Shown piece after piece: positions 11,601 to 19,983 of a stretch of DNA of 37,244 nucleotides; position 1 is the stretch's first letter; each line of letters begins with the position of its first letter. The DNA is from a virus (taxonomy: Duplodnaviria > Caudoviricetes). A program made the translations under genes and the position numbers. The notes under the pieces were generated by a model. It was not told where the DNA came from. It saw only the letters and a list, made by a program, of their open reading frames with translations, and did not search any database. The stretch is from IMG/VR virus record IMGVR_UViG_3300043429_000004, positions 1-37,244 of that record, one strand, 5' to 3'.

Positions 11601-12182
11601 CACGGCGTCGTACACCGCACCTTTTATGGTACCTACGCCCGACGCTGTGCCAAGCCCAGCCATAGTAGCAAGAGGAACAGCCCCAGTACCGCCAGTAGCA
11701 ACAGCTGCACCGACAAAGGGCACCGCTGAGCCTGCTACGCTAGCAATGTTTTCCAACGGGGCGTAAGTGAACGCACGAGCAGCAGCCTTAACTTCTTCCC
11801 AGACGCCCTTGCCTTCGGCGTCCTTCTGGATTTTACGGGCAATCTCTGCATCTTCACGAGACCCAGCAGATTTCAAAGCAGCGGCAGCTTGAGAGACGTA
11901 CTCAGCTGCATCAGACACAGCATTGTCAGCACCAAAGACATCTGAGATAGACTTAACGGTACCGCTCAGACCTTCAACAGCACTCAAAGGTATGTCTGCA
12001 ACAGGCGCAATCAATCCGCCTACTAGCGGGATATTTTCAATAGGGCTTGCCCCCTGTTTTGACTTGCCGCCTTGGTAGTACGTCTTCGCAACATAGGCTA
12101 TTGCATCGCGCTCGGTAGCTTTTTTAGGAGCATTGACAGTATAGCTCCTGCCATCCGGGCCCTTTACTGTGTATGAAGGCAC
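5622..12182 (-). CDS. Very large internal virion/DNA-ejection protein with a zincin-like metallopeptidase motif (large polyvalent protein type)
   Basis: 2186 aa, GTG start with AGGAG RBS, last gene of the late operon. Ala/Gly-rich N-terminal region with hydrophobic stretches. HEALGH...EEVLA motif at about 9372-9389. Helical C-terminal region with a hydrophobic segment (MMAGVFGGILGMPLY). Confidence 0.75.
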   Translation of the reverse strand: MPSYTVKGPDGRSYTVNAPKKATERDAIAYVAKTYYQGGKSKQGASPIENIPLVGGLIAPVADIPLSAVEGLSGTVKSISDVFGADNAVSDAAEYVSQAAAALKSAGSREDAEIARKIQKDAEGKGVWEEVKAAARAFTYAPLENIASVAGSAVPFVGAAVATGGTGAVPLATMAGLGTASGVGTIKGAVYDAVYDEFVKGGASKQDAEAAAEKAQEYGGKNMDQIALGGAIGALASATGFPPQFARSIGSNAAKNVAARVAAREAVEVGAKRSVLGGAAKSAAIEAAPEAVQGGQEQLSQNLALQREGFGVDTWKGVAGQAASEGIASLFLGGYGGAREARAENREMLSKEVAQELDAMPEEPTEEAVSGAVERFTKRGFPLEKAQQVVDTMVKQKAAIEKQAAELEQARAERMAQADAEATAEEGTGPNFTGPPPVDTEEEAVMQRMREAEATGVEPLDIEEDIQAPPAGAPYQRGVKQPTIVTPARAATILNNPDTAGNYNTVSDFAATTGMDTREAESVLDDIANEVPGAPAIKYSRRGRPPSASTVEAAGQEGLFGALPTQEENRLDKFEEIQQRKLEQGALAPEQREAERQAQADEFDRLQQERAAKDEEYKAQFVKNIEDAIRRANPANEAYSVQVDETSPKPYRVVGPDGELFAAADTLKDFEEQAMDLMPYVAPAAAIPDTDSAKPTVATSMVQELTAEIDAARERGEIDNNQRTELIRQLERPDAYDKFGRPQDNIAKAEEEARAAMSKFRNTTGVEAKAAEAELAVANEKLTKLVNNRMLNPIRSRLRSMSEMRKDEQLGAKIRIKDALQEGDQKELRDAKIDLAESRVSKYRRGETQPGQVKTDVSKVRAAVDAIVSVWKGPPVVEVVQSVSDIADAKIRRAVMQDNATNAEGFVAPDGAVYLIADNLESVERAKAVLFHEALGHVGLEKLFRGELDGALTALYKSNGNIRTQTDAWLAANPEAYAKDTDRVARAVEEVLAEMSETGQIRPNMLKRIAAIIRNFARKLGINLAISDADVEAILAAGHERVVSGAQESTLVKGMRYISGWDTTAPRATKYSRPKTTKKDKEALEETSASMSDGLRRAKKSTSTNGIADGIGKAVEGRSFSAFLNAFKDNSDGMGPPTLKAILKTIPTSGILNWFGPDLPSIREIDTLVQKMSAMKANIIKASEDIGRELDEFLLADKDKVLATTMSTARINEYSPDEFKSADEALANHPAMKEIEARVLKNSNDKALAARIIAEMKALTMQGKEVVGVKGDKVKRSDDMRKLLADLSKTAIDRQKTSAQTDQIAELTRRIRDVHKLWDELAEIKNGHKLYKEIRAYYKDMFEAELALLDGRISTIAGEAEAKRLRDLRADMMREVMNPDEAKKSGDIFHDLNSDLFTKDYFPFMRAGQYYVRVAAAKDGTREREFYQFTTAKEMQDAQKAIAKRLGVNPEDSDVITIGYDIAQLQENLKSDDQMMQKIFDLVSKAKAEFAGTKGIDANSFKDLTDSIYQTWLLSTPERSVRRRFMHAQEVVGFQQDLLQHFASQASNYANQLSKLAYAGDIRLKIGEARDNVSDRDATLRAKYNSVIDELEERAEDEINPSPQSAMINLLNRASYFYYLTAPATAMLQLTSIPIRVVPRLWRDYGVAKGTAIWFKYMRVWDTLGKAKVQTTRTGLAGVGDELDVLMPDVLSSKLVNADTPRGKLLRKAMAAGMERNVLETVQDTLIQNERETAKKHRTGATRTAVEAAALTGKAMGVMFQGMENISRQVSYFMAFELAYDAEKAKNPSPEAEQAVFDKAVTTALDTVRDTLGDYSNWERSSIMKKDWTRALFLFKMHPILQTKFLVGAMRDIGRGLYPGASPEAKAARAGAMKELGGVLMMAGVFGGILGMPLYSVMALALAESFDEEDDEDVRKLMGLDPRVAYDSDIMFRAWIMDKFGEPVVGDVSMADILIHGPLGALSNTELSSRTSLDLKNMWFREAVTGDSTSDTIIKTALANIAGGQMLIQALNAKDNFADGDMYGAMKKMAPAFIRSWVAAEQGEAEGIVSGKGDTIIAKDDISALDTLRTISGFRPMRLARWQDYYITRGKNEKKIEAEKTQLLSTLDRKIQEGEISSMEQLKEFVADEIVPFNRTYPDPSFIITEETIMRSLKGRAEVRSRTVQGMRLEKKTAKKDIGMAEKFRP

Positions 12183-12193
12183 CTTAGATACTC

Positions 12194-13816
12194 CTAGTTA
12201 CGCGTAGCTGAAAAACCTTCATATTGGTCTACGCTTTTCTGGCCGGTAGTGCCACCTGTTTCTTGCTCACCAAAGAGCCCTTCACTGGTACCCTTTATCT
12301 CAGCAAGCCGCTTCTCTGCGGCTATGTACGCAAACTGCCTAGCGGCATTCTCTGAATACCCTTTCCTCTTCAGCACGTTATAGAACGTCTCTATAAACCG
12401 CTCCTTGGTATTTTCCTTACCTTGGCTATCGGCAATTATTTTAGCGAGTTGGTTATTAACCTCGGCAGTCTGGATAGCGAGCGTCGCCTCTTTGATATCA
12501 ATCTCTTTGTTGAAGTTCTTCTGCGCGATATCGTTCTTCTTCATTTCCACTGCCATGTTATATAGCGGTAGAGCTTCCTTACGGTCCTTAGCACCAAGCT
12601 GAACCATGAGGTCGAGACTGCGGTCTTTAAGCGCTTTGCGCTCCTTCTTGTCTGCCTGCGCACCGGGCAGGGCAGCGGACGCCGCTTCGCCAATAGCCTG
12701 AAGCAAGGTAGGAGCCTTAGAGCTTGCCATGTTAAAGCCTATGCTCGCAAGAGTCTCCCACATGGAGTCCTTACGCTGCTTCTCATAGTATTCGGGCGAA
12801 GCCATCTCTTCGGCACGGGCCATGCGCGTGGCGTCTATTTCCCGCTCTTTTTCTGAAGGGCCGAACCTACTCATCAACCTGCCGAATATATCTTCCACGC
12901 CTTCTATTTGGCCTTGGGCGGTATTTATATCACGCTCAGGTAGTTTAGGGTTAGCTTTACCGCCTAGGATATTGCTGATGTATTTCTTCGTCTCGGCAGG
13001 TAGCTTCTCGGGGTCACCACCCTTCTTCAGCCACTTATCGACGTTGCCCGGCCCCCAGTTATACGCAGCTAGTGCAGTAGCTTCATCGCCGTAGCGACGG
13101 TACATGGCATCAAGGTACTCACGACCCGCACGGCGGTTCTCCGCTTCGCTGTCGTCGCGCATAGGGGTTACGCCAAAACCGGGGTCTTTCATAGTACCGG
13201 GCATAAGCTGCATAACGCCACGCGCACCAGCCTTGCTTACAGCGCTCTGCTTACCACCACTCTCCCAGTATTCGACGTCGTCGTAGAGATTAGATATACC
13301 ACCGGCAGGGCCACCACCAGAAAACGCAACCATGCCGCCACCTGCGTAGCCGTCACCGAAGCCGCCATTGCTTGGCTCATCGAACATGCCGTCGGGCAGT
13401 GGGACATCAGATAGACCACCACCAGAAGCGTAGGGGGGCACCATGCCGCCATCAGCCATCATAGGCATTTCTTCAGCGGGCATCTCCATCTGCGGCGGAG
13501 CCATTTCTTGTGGAGGCATACCCATCTGAGGTGCCGCACCCATAGGCGGCATGGCCGCAGCTTGTGGCGTAGCGCCAAGCCCTGCGGGAGCAGGAGCCGC
13601 TGGCTGTGGAGCGCCAAGAACCTGCTGTGCTACAGTAGGCTGTTGCCCACCTTCCATAATCTGCGCGGAACGCATGCGGTCAATAAACATACCAGCGAGC
13701 ACGGCTGCTGTGGGGTCAACGACACCCATCTGCGCAGCCTGCGCAATCATCTGCTTATTACCAGCGTACTCCTTGGCGATATCCTCTGGCGCTTGGATGC
13801 TGAATGGTTTGGCCAA
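12194..13816 (-). CDS. Internal virion protein with soluble lytic transglycosylase (SLT, GH23) domain
   Basis: SLT motifs WESGG, GARGVMQLMPGT and LAAYNWGPGNV. TTG start with AGGAGA RBS. Pro/Met-rich linker. Confidence 0.85.
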   Translation of the reverse strand: MAKPFSIQAPEDIAKEYAGNKQMIAQAAQMGVVDPTAAVLAGMFIDRMRSAQIMEGGQQPTVAQQVLGAPQPAAPAPAGLGATPQAAAMPPMGAAPQMGMPPQEMAPPQMEMPAEEMPMMADGGMVPPYASGGGLSDVPLPDGMFDEPSNGGFGDGYAGGGMVAFSGGGPAGGISNLYDDVEYWESGGKQSAVSKAGARGVMQLMPGTMKDPGFGVTPMRDDSEAENRRAGREYLDAMYRRYGDEATALAAYNWGPGNVDKWLKKGGDPEKLPAETKKYISNILGGKANPKLPERDINTAQGQIEGVEDIFGRLMSRFGPSEKEREIDATRMARAEEMASPEYYEKQRKDSMWETLASIGFNMASSKAPTLLQAIGEAASAALPGAQADKKERKALKDRSLDLMVQLGAKDRKEALPLYNMAVEMKKNDIAQKNFNKEIDIKEATLAIQTAEVNNQLAKIIADSQGKENTKERFIETFYNVLKRKGYSENAARQFAYIAAEKRLAEIKGTSEGLFGEQETGGTTGQKSVDQYEGFSATRN

Positions 13817-13827
13817 CGTATATCTCC

Positions 13828-15171
13828 TTAACTACCTAGCGTCTTATACATGCCTAGGGCACCAAGACCAGCACCCATAATCTGCTGTGCAATGCCCGGT
13901 GCCGGGGCGCTTGACGTTTGTGTAGTGCTTGTAGCTTGCGGTACGCCGCTCATTAGGCTCATATACCGCTGTAGCTGTGTATATGGATTATCAGCCTCTC
14001 TCTGGAAGTCTGAATAGGCCATATCCAGTTTCTGCTGGTTAAGTGCCTGCTCTTGCGCAGCTGTGGAAGTCTGTAGGCCGAGACGCTGAGCATCCGCCTG
14101 CTGCTGTGCCGAACCAATGTTAGAGAGTGTCTGGCCCATCTGGCCAGCTTGTGACAAGCCTGCAAGTCCCTGCTGCGAACCAAACTGGCGAGACTGCTCC
14201 GCCATACGCTGCCTATCAAGGTCAGCCTGCTGGTTCGATTGAAGTGCGGCAAGGCCAGTTTGCTGGTTAGCCAACGCAGCGCGCATCGCTTGCTCGGCAT
14301 TAAGACCCTGCGTTTGAAGCTTAGCCGCCAAGTTCTGGACGTTAGCTTGCGAATTAGCATCGAGGTTAGCTAGTGCGACCTGCAACCCAGTCTGGGTGCC
14401 TAACTGTTGTGTCTGCAATGCAGCCGCTTGGTTCTGCTGCGCTGTGGTCATACCCGCTGCGCGGTCACGCTCGAACTGCTGCTGCGCACTTTCATATGCC
14501 GACTGCATACCGCGTGACTGGATATCGCCAAGCTGCTGACCTAAGTTACGCTCGCGCTCTAAAGAGGCAAGAAGCTGACGGCTACCGCCATATGTGCCCT
14601 GACGTGCAGAGCCAAGGTCTTGAGCAACCTGTCCACGCCGCGCACTTGTAATCGCTTCGCGCATCTGGGGTTCCAGCGCCTGCTGGATAAACGGCGACAT
14701 ATACTGCTGCGCCTGCTGACCCCCAAACTGCTGTGGACCCTGCATCTGGAAGTAATTAAGGTTCGGGTTGTAGCCCGATTGCGCAGCGGTCATCTGAGGT
14801 GAGTCGTACTGTTGAGCCTGCACATTGCCCAGCCCGCTAATCTGCTGTGCACCAAACTGACCCGGTGTATACTGCCCTGCCCTTAAAGAGCCAAGGCCCG
14901 CAGCGGCAGCAAGCGTGCTGGCATCACCAAACTGGCCCGGCGTCTGCATACCAGCAACTTCGTTCTGTATGTTTTTCTGCTGGTCAGTGAACCCGGCGAT
15001 ACGTGCAATCGGAGTTTGTGCACCGGTAACTGGGTCCGTGGACACATACCGTGGAGTCTGGGTATTAAGTAGACTCGCTGCACCTTGCATCGCCATGTTA
15101 TAATATGGCTGTTGAGCCGCACCGATATTCGATGTGGTCTGAATAACGTTCTGTGTGGTATTACTAGCCAT
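13828..15171 (-). CDS. Gln/Ala-rich internal virion (DNA pilot/ejection-like) protein
   Basis: Q/A-rich helical repeats, TYGGSRQ motif and a C-terminal GAGLGALG hydrophobic tail. Sits between the nozzle gene and the SLT gene. Confidence 0.65.
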   Translation of the reverse strand: MASNTTQNVIQTTSNIGAAQQPYYNMAMQGAASLLNTQTPRYVSTDPVTGAQTPIARIAGFTDQQKNIQNEVAGMQTPGQFGDASTLAAAAGLGSLRAGQYTPGQFGAQQISGLGNVQAQQYDSPQMTAAQSGYNPNLNYFQMQGPQQFGGQQAQQYMSPFIQQALEPQMREAITSARRGQVAQDLGSARQGTYGGSRQLLASLERERNLGQQLGDIQSRGMQSAYESAQQQFERDRAAGMTTAQQNQAAALQTQQLGTQTGLQVALANLDANSQANVQNLAAKLQTQGLNAEQAMRAALANQQTGLAALQSNQQADLDRQRMAEQSRQFGSQQGLAGLSQAGQMGQTLSNIGSAQQQADAQRLGLQTSTAAQEQALNQQKLDMAYSDFQREADNPYTQLQRYMSLMSGVPQATSTTQTSSAPAPGIAQQIMGAGLGALGMYKTLGS

Positions 15172-15177
15172 TACAAT

Positions 15178-16704
15178 TTATCCTAACCCATGGCGTAGCT
15201 TGGTATCTTGACCGCGCCCTGCCTTCTTCCGTGCCTTATGAGCTTTGTTCATAAGCGAGTATAGTTTGTCAGCCCCACGCTTGGCATTGCCGTTACCGAT
15301 ACGCTTTACAGCGTCAGCAGGGATAATGGCTTCGTCGCGTGCTACACGAGCAGGCTGGTCACGCCCGATGCGGGCAGGGACACTGTCACTTACTCCGTCA
15401 CCCATACCCTCGACAGGACGGCCACCGATACGGCGAAGCGCCTCAAGACCAGCATTGCTGCTGCCGTTACCAATTTCAGATACCGTGCGGGCGTCGAGCA
15501 CAAAGGCTCCGTCAGACAACTCGACTTCACCACCACCAGCATAGCCGGTGTAGCCATACATATCATACTGCTCGGGAGCGATCATAGCTTGATTGGGGGC
15601 AACCATGCCCGGATTTGGGTCAACGCCGCCCATGTAGGTAACGGGTTGGAAGCTGTACATCGGCTTGCCTTTGTCGTCCTTAGCTTTCTTAGCGCTAGGG
15701 TTCAGCACCGGCTGCATTATCTGCGTACCACGGACTGTGTGAGAACCGGGCTGCACGACCTGACCCATAGTGTTATAGATTTCAGGCATATCTACATCGA
15801 AGTACCTCTGCTGCCCGCCATTACCTGCAAGGATATCTTCGGTCGTCCCTGAAAATATTTGTTTCCGTGGCTGCGCATAGTACGGGCCTTGGAACGAGTT
15901 ATCAATCCGGCCATCTGGCGCTACCGACCCACCACCCGAAGGTGTCATTGCGCCGCTAACACCCTGCATAAGACCCATAGCAGCCAGCCTAGGAGCAGCT
16001 TTACCGATGATACCACCCGGAAGACCAGCTTTTGCAGCGTCACCGAAGTTTTGAGCAAGACCAGCAAGACCAGTTTTAGCCGCAGCTTGACCGGCAGCTT
16101 GGCCAGCAGTGTTCACAGCAGTAGTGCCTGCAATTTCACGCGCCATGTCAGCAGCGGCGGATGACCCAGCATTAACAGCGGGCGCTGCGTTTTTAAGCCC
16201 TTCACCAAAAACATTGCCAGCACCCAAACCACCAGCAAGTGAAGCGCCACCATATGCACTGAGGCCAGCCATCAGACCTTTCTTGAGGCTACCTGTTTTA
16301 GCGACGGAGCCAGCAGCGACCATACCAGCCGCAGCGAGTGCGTTCACGCCCGGAATAAGCATAAGGCCAGCGCCAAGAATAGTGGGTAGCAACTTCTTAA
16401 GGAAGCCCGCTTCAGGCAGACCTGTTTCTGGGTTAATCGTGAGTGAGCCACCGTTTGCCATGGCTAGACCCTGAAGGCTGTTAACCTCGCCGGGAGTCAT
16501 GTGGACGAGCATTGAGTCTTCGCCGCGACCCATGCTCTGCAGTTGGTTAGCCATTGGGTTAGCAGTTGCACTCAAGCCCGCTGCCGCAGGAAGACCGCCA
16601 GTCGTACCGGGTATTTGTGAGCCGAGCACAGGAGGCCTGCCAACAGGAGGAGCAAAATTACCTGCTGCTGCATATGGTGGCGGAGCCATCTGTACGTCCA
16701 TCAT
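15178..16704 (-). CDS. Internal virion protein with repeated G-x-G-D...G-E/A-F-V modules
   Basis: GRGEDSMLVHMTPGEV...INPETGLPEA near the N-terminus. Gly/Ala-rich hydrophobic stretches. C-terminal LSDGAFVLDARTV and GMGDGVSDSVPA...DEAIIPADAV modules. Confidence 0.65.
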   Translation of the reverse strand: MMDVQMAPPPYAAAGNFAPPVGRPPVLGSQIPGTTGGLPAAAGLSATANPMANQLQSMGRGEDSMLVHMTPGEVNSLQGLAMANGGSLTINPETGLPEAGFLKKLLPTILGAGLMLIPGVNALAAAGMVAAGSVAKTGSLKKGLMAGLSAYGGASLAGGLGAGNVFGEGLKNAAPAVNAGSSAAADMAREIAGTTAVNTAGQAAGQAAAKTGLAGLAQNFGDAAKAGLPGGIIGKAAPRLAAMGLMQGVSGAMTPSGGGSVAPDGRIDNSFQGPYYAQPRKQIFSGTTEDILAGNGGQQRYFDVDMPEIYNTMGQVVQPGSHTVRGTQIMQPVLNPSAKKAKDDKGKPMYSFQPVTYMGGVDPNPGMVAPNQAMIAPEQYDMYGYTGYAGGGEVELSDGAFVLDARTVSEIGNGSSNAGLEALRRIGGRPVEGMGDGVSDSVPARIGRDQPARVARDEAIIPADAVKRIGNGNAKRGADKLYSLMNKAHKARKKAGRGQDTKLRHGLG

Positions 16705-16728
16705 CTCGTATCCTACCTTGTACCTACG

Positions 16729-16757
16729 CTTATAGCGGCAATCTGATTAAAACTAAA
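16729..16757 (-). promoter_or_regulatory. Possible internal late promoter upstream of the ejection-protein genes
   Basis: One of the few sizeable intergenic gaps in the operon. Minus strand reads TTTAGT-17 bp-TATAAG (GCTATAAG). The -35 match is weak. Confidence 0.25.
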
Positions 16758-16768
16758 GCCCTTACACA

Positions 16769-17440
16769 TCATGCAATCTCCGACATAAATTCAACCTGCA
16801 CGATTGCAGACGGAGTAGCTGGGATAGCGGGTGTCACCCCTACCGAATATGTAACCGCAGGGAAATGTTCTAGAGATACGCCCGTGCTCGTGACATGCCA
16901 CATAACTTGGATGTAGTCGTTTGCAGCTAGCTCAACCATGATGGGCGTCGTGACAATTAAGTGCGATGGGTTGCCGGTGCTTTTACGTGCTGAAATAGAA
17001 AACCGACTATTAGTATCGGGGATATCGGTTCCGTTTTTGCGCAGCCAGATATCAATGTCTTGCACGTCATTGGTCGTATTCTTGAACTGAAGGCTGTAGT
17101 TAACGGTGTACACGCCTGCGTCTGGCACGGTGAGACGAGAACCACTACTTAGTGTAACCCCATCCAAGAAGTCTGACGCATCGTAAGTAACAGCATAAGC
17201 AGTGTCGATTGCAGCGGCGGTCTGGTCGGACTGGCTTTGAAACTGCCCGTAAGGAAGTGTTATATGGATGCCGCTGCCGTAGAAATAGTCGGCTGTGTAG
17301 GTCTGGGCGTAGTTGGGTGTATTGGAGTCAAGCTGCGAGAAGTACGTTTCTATTACGCGGATAACCTGCCGTATATACTGCGCATCATACTCTGAAGGAG
17401 CATTCGGTAGCGGTGCCGCTTTGAACCTAGTAAGTGCCAT
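16769..17440 (-). CDS. Tail-associated protein with C-terminal C1q/TNF-like jelly-roll domain
   Basis: N-terminal LPNAPSEYD...helix. C-terminal RLTVPDAGVYTVNYSLQF...VELAANDYIQV resembles C1q/BclA-type domains. Coupled to the nozzle gene by TAATG. Confidence 0.65.
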   Translation of the reverse strand: MALTRFKAAPLPNAPSEYDAQYIRQVIRVIETYFSQLDSNTPNYAQTYTADYFYGSGIHITLPYGQFQSQSDQTAAAIDTAYAVTYDASDFLDGVTLSSGSRLTVPDAGVYTVNYSLQFKNTTNDVQDIDIWLRKNGTDIPDTNSRFSISARKSTGNPSHLIVTTPIMVELAANDYIQVMWHVTSTGVSLEHFPAVTYSVGVTPAIPATPSAIVQVEFMSEIA

Positions 17441-19371
17441 TAGCGACGTCCATCCGGACGAGCATCCAAACGCGGTGCGCCAAGCTGCCAGTTAACACCG
17501 AGAGTATCCGACTGGATTTTAAGAGCCATCTGGCGTGCACGAGCACGGACAAATATCTGGTCTGTATACTGGTTTACCGACGTTTCTATAACGCGCTGGG
17601 CATCCGCAGGGTCGATAGAGACCGGAGCGCCGGGGAAGTTGCGTGGGCGGACGCTAAGGGTGACTTCTGGCTCAGCAGCCACAGAACCACTAAAGTTAAT
17701 GTCGGGCAGTATACGCCGCGTCAGCATGAAGTTGTCGCCGTCATCAAGATCAAAGTCCGATGACTGGATGTAGCTCTCCATAGGCAGGGTGTCGTCGTTA
17801 ACACCAAACTCGTGGATATACAGGGCACCACCGTTTGTGCCGCCCGGAGTGTTTGTAGCCTGCGGATACTCCCGCAACGCTGTGTCTAGCCATGCAGTAC
17901 GGTCAATCGTGCCGTAGTACCAGATGCGCTCAAGGTGGTTATAGACAACATAGGCGTCGTTATAGTCGCTCTGCGCAGTAGGGTAGAACCACCACACCTC
18001 GTTCCAACGTTCGTTAGTACCACACACCACTTGGTCTGCTTGGTTGATGTTGAAGTCGTTGAACACGTGGTTACGCAGTGAGCATGGCAGCGTCTCGACG
18101 CGACCCGTATAGGCATAGAACTTATCCTGCCCCATCCAGTAGGTAATGTTAGACGCGGTAGTTACGGCACGGGGCGACATAATGGATATGCTGTCCGCAT
18201 ACTCCTGAAGCCCGAAGACATCCGTAGTGCCAAGGAACTGCAGTGTGAAAAGGTGCGTGTCGGTCCATACAAGAATTTCCTGCCGAGTAGGCAGTGCCCG
18301 TACGATACGCGAGCCACGTGAAACCCGAAGGTCACCAGCCGTATTAGTCTGTGTAGGCGTCCAGTCGCCCGGAGTATCTTGGTCAGCCCAGCGGATGAGC
18401 AGTGGGTCAAAGTCTGCTGTGCTCGTAGAACCAAACGGCACTGCGCCAAAGGCAATCAAGTGGCGGTCCTGCTGAGAGACCAGCAACTGCATAATCTGCG
18501 CTGGGACGGCGTCGGGGTCAAACCCTTCACCATCGGCGTAGTCCGCAAGGCGAATAGCTGGCGTAGACAAAGCAGGGCCGGGGTCTTCAAGCGTGCCGCG
18601 CACCCACCAGTAACCTTCACCGTTACGGATATTCATAACAAGGTCGTTGTCGAAGTTATCAAACCACCAGTCGCGCTGCGGCAAGAACACCGGAGTAATG
18701 GTACCTGTGCCCCACTCACCGCGACCCCATGTACCGACGTTCCACCCGTAGCCACCAACTGTTATGGGGTTTCCGGGGCTAATCTGGAAAGACAAGTCTA
18801 TAAGGATACCACCCGCAGCAGAAACGGTTGACGTAGCAGTCGTGCTAACTGTGTAGGTGAAGATAAAGTTGTCTACGCGAGTTATTTCGTATGTGCCGTT
18901 AATCTCGGTGATGGGGATACCGCCAATAGCGGAAGGACTACCCGAACCGGTCACGCCTAAGATAACTACATAGTCGCCAGTCTGCGCACCGTGCGCAACG
19001 GCTCCAAGGTCTACGGTAATCGTAGTTGAAGTGTCGGTTGTGTTTATGCAGTTGTCGGTATCCGGCGTAGAAAGCACTGGGTCGGTATCACGTAACGGTG
19101 TGATGTCGTAGAAGTTACCAGCAATCTCGATGTAGACTTTGACGTTAGTGCCCATAGCGAGCATGTCGTCGGAGTAAGTCGTGATCCAGTTTAGCATCTG
19201 TCGGCAGTAGCCGATGAAGTCGTTAGGAGCCGAACGCAGCCAGCCACCCATCTTCTCAGGATAGCCCGAGCGAAACCGTATCTTGTCGCACTCGTACCAG
19301 CCGCCCTCGTTGGAGTAGTCGGTCTGGTCGCGGTTCACACCGGGCTTAAACTGGAGCTTGATGAATGGCAT
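17440..19371 (-). CDS. Tail nozzle / packaged-DNA stabilization protein (P22 gp10 / tail tubular protein B-like)
   Basis: True start is ATG 19371 (MPFIKLQFKPG), by TAATG overlap. Trp-rich beta-propeller-like segments (IRWADQ, ILVWTD, EVWWFYP). FCCH-like insert AHGAQTGDYVVI...INGTYEIT. Ends RPDGRR. Confidence 0.75.
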   Translation of the reverse strand: MPFIKLQFKPGVNRDQTDYSNEGGWYECDKIRFRSGYPEKMGGWLRSAPNDFIGYCRQMLNWITTYSDDMLAMGTNVKVYIEIAGNFYDITPLRDTDPVLSTPDTDNCINTTDTSTTITVDLGAVAHGAQTGDYVVILGVTGSGSPSAIGGIPITEINGTYEITRVDNFIFTYTVSTTATSTVSAAGGILIDLSFQISPGNPITVGGYGWNVGTWGRGEWGTGTITPVFLPQRDWWFDNFDNDLVMNIRNGEGYWWVRGTLEDPGPALSTPAIRLADYADGEGFDPDAVPAQIMQLLVSQQDRHLIAFGAVPFGSTSTADFDPLLIRWADQDTPGDWTPTQTNTAGDLRVSRGSRIVRALPTRQEILVWTDTHLFTLQFLGTTDVFGLQEYADSISIMSPRAVTTASNITYWMGQDKFYAYTGRVETLPCSLRNHVFNDFNINQADQVVCGTNERWNEVWWFYPTAQSDYNDAYVVYNHLERIWYYGTIDRTAWLDTALREYPQATNTPGGTNGGALYIHEFGVNDDTLPMESYIQSSDFDLDDGDNFMLTRRILPDINFSGSVAAEPEVTLSVRPRNFPGAPVSIDPADAQRVIETSVNQYTDQIFVRARARQMALKIQSDTLGVNWQLGAPRLDARPDGRR

Positions 19372-19547
19372 TAGCTTTTCATACTCAGTACAAGGATTAA
19401 CTGCTGCACACTGGCGTCTGTAGCCGCTGTGTCGCAAGTACCGTCAGGGTTAAACGTAGCAGGCACTTCGAAATAGACGCCGCCCTCAAGCGTGCCCTTG
19501 GCGTACCATTCAGCTTCGTTTGCTGGGTAGAAGAGTGTCAAGACCAT
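19371..19547 (-). CDS. 58-aa hypothetical protein missed by the ORF track (MVLTLFYPANEAEWYAKG...LSMKS)
   Basis: Translated by hand. ATG 19547 has a GGAG RBS. TAA at 19371-19373 overlaps the nozzle ATG. It fills the gap between the flanking genes. Confidence 0.75.
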   Translation of the reverse strand: MVLTLFYPANEAEWYAKGTLEGGVYFEVPATFNPDGTCDTAATDASVQQLILVLSMKS

Positions 19548-19551
19548 GCAG

Positions 19552-19983
19552 CTAACTCCACGTTATCGGAACGGTGCCGCTCGTGCCTAGAGGGTTGGTG
19601 GTAACAAAGCTCCACTGCCAATCACCAGTGCTATAGCTGGCGCTAACACGTGTGAATGTTGTCCCATTCGCTACCAAGCTAGTCCAGCCTTCATTGGGTA
19701 TATTCTCGTCTGTACCCAGTATGAATGCCTGTACGGTATTTGAATAAACACCGCTGTAGTAGACATCAAAACTAGTGTAATACAGCTCAGTTATATCAAC
19801 CGTACCGCCAAAAACGGTGTTGGACATAGCACCCATACCCGTCGTGGGATAATACCCTGCACGGTATCCAACATACCTTGTTCCGCCACTATCTATGTCA
19901 AAGGTCTGGTACCCAACGGTCATTGTCGCGGAACCCGCGTACCCTACACCCCCGCCAGTTAGTGAGCACATAATACCAGTCAT
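19552..19983 (-). CDS. Putative fibre-tip / receptor-binding protein starting MTGIMC
   Basis: True start is ATG 19983 (TAATG with the fibre stop). 143 aa, beta-rich and aromatic-rich. Confidence 0.6.
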   Translation of the reverse strand: MTGIMCSLTGGGVGYAGSATMTVGYQTFDIDSGGTRYVGYRAGYYPTTGMGAMSNTVFGGTVDITELYYTSFDVYYSGVYSNTVQAFILGTDENIPNEGWTSLVANGTTFTRVSASYSTGDWQWSFVTTNPLGTSGTVPITWS

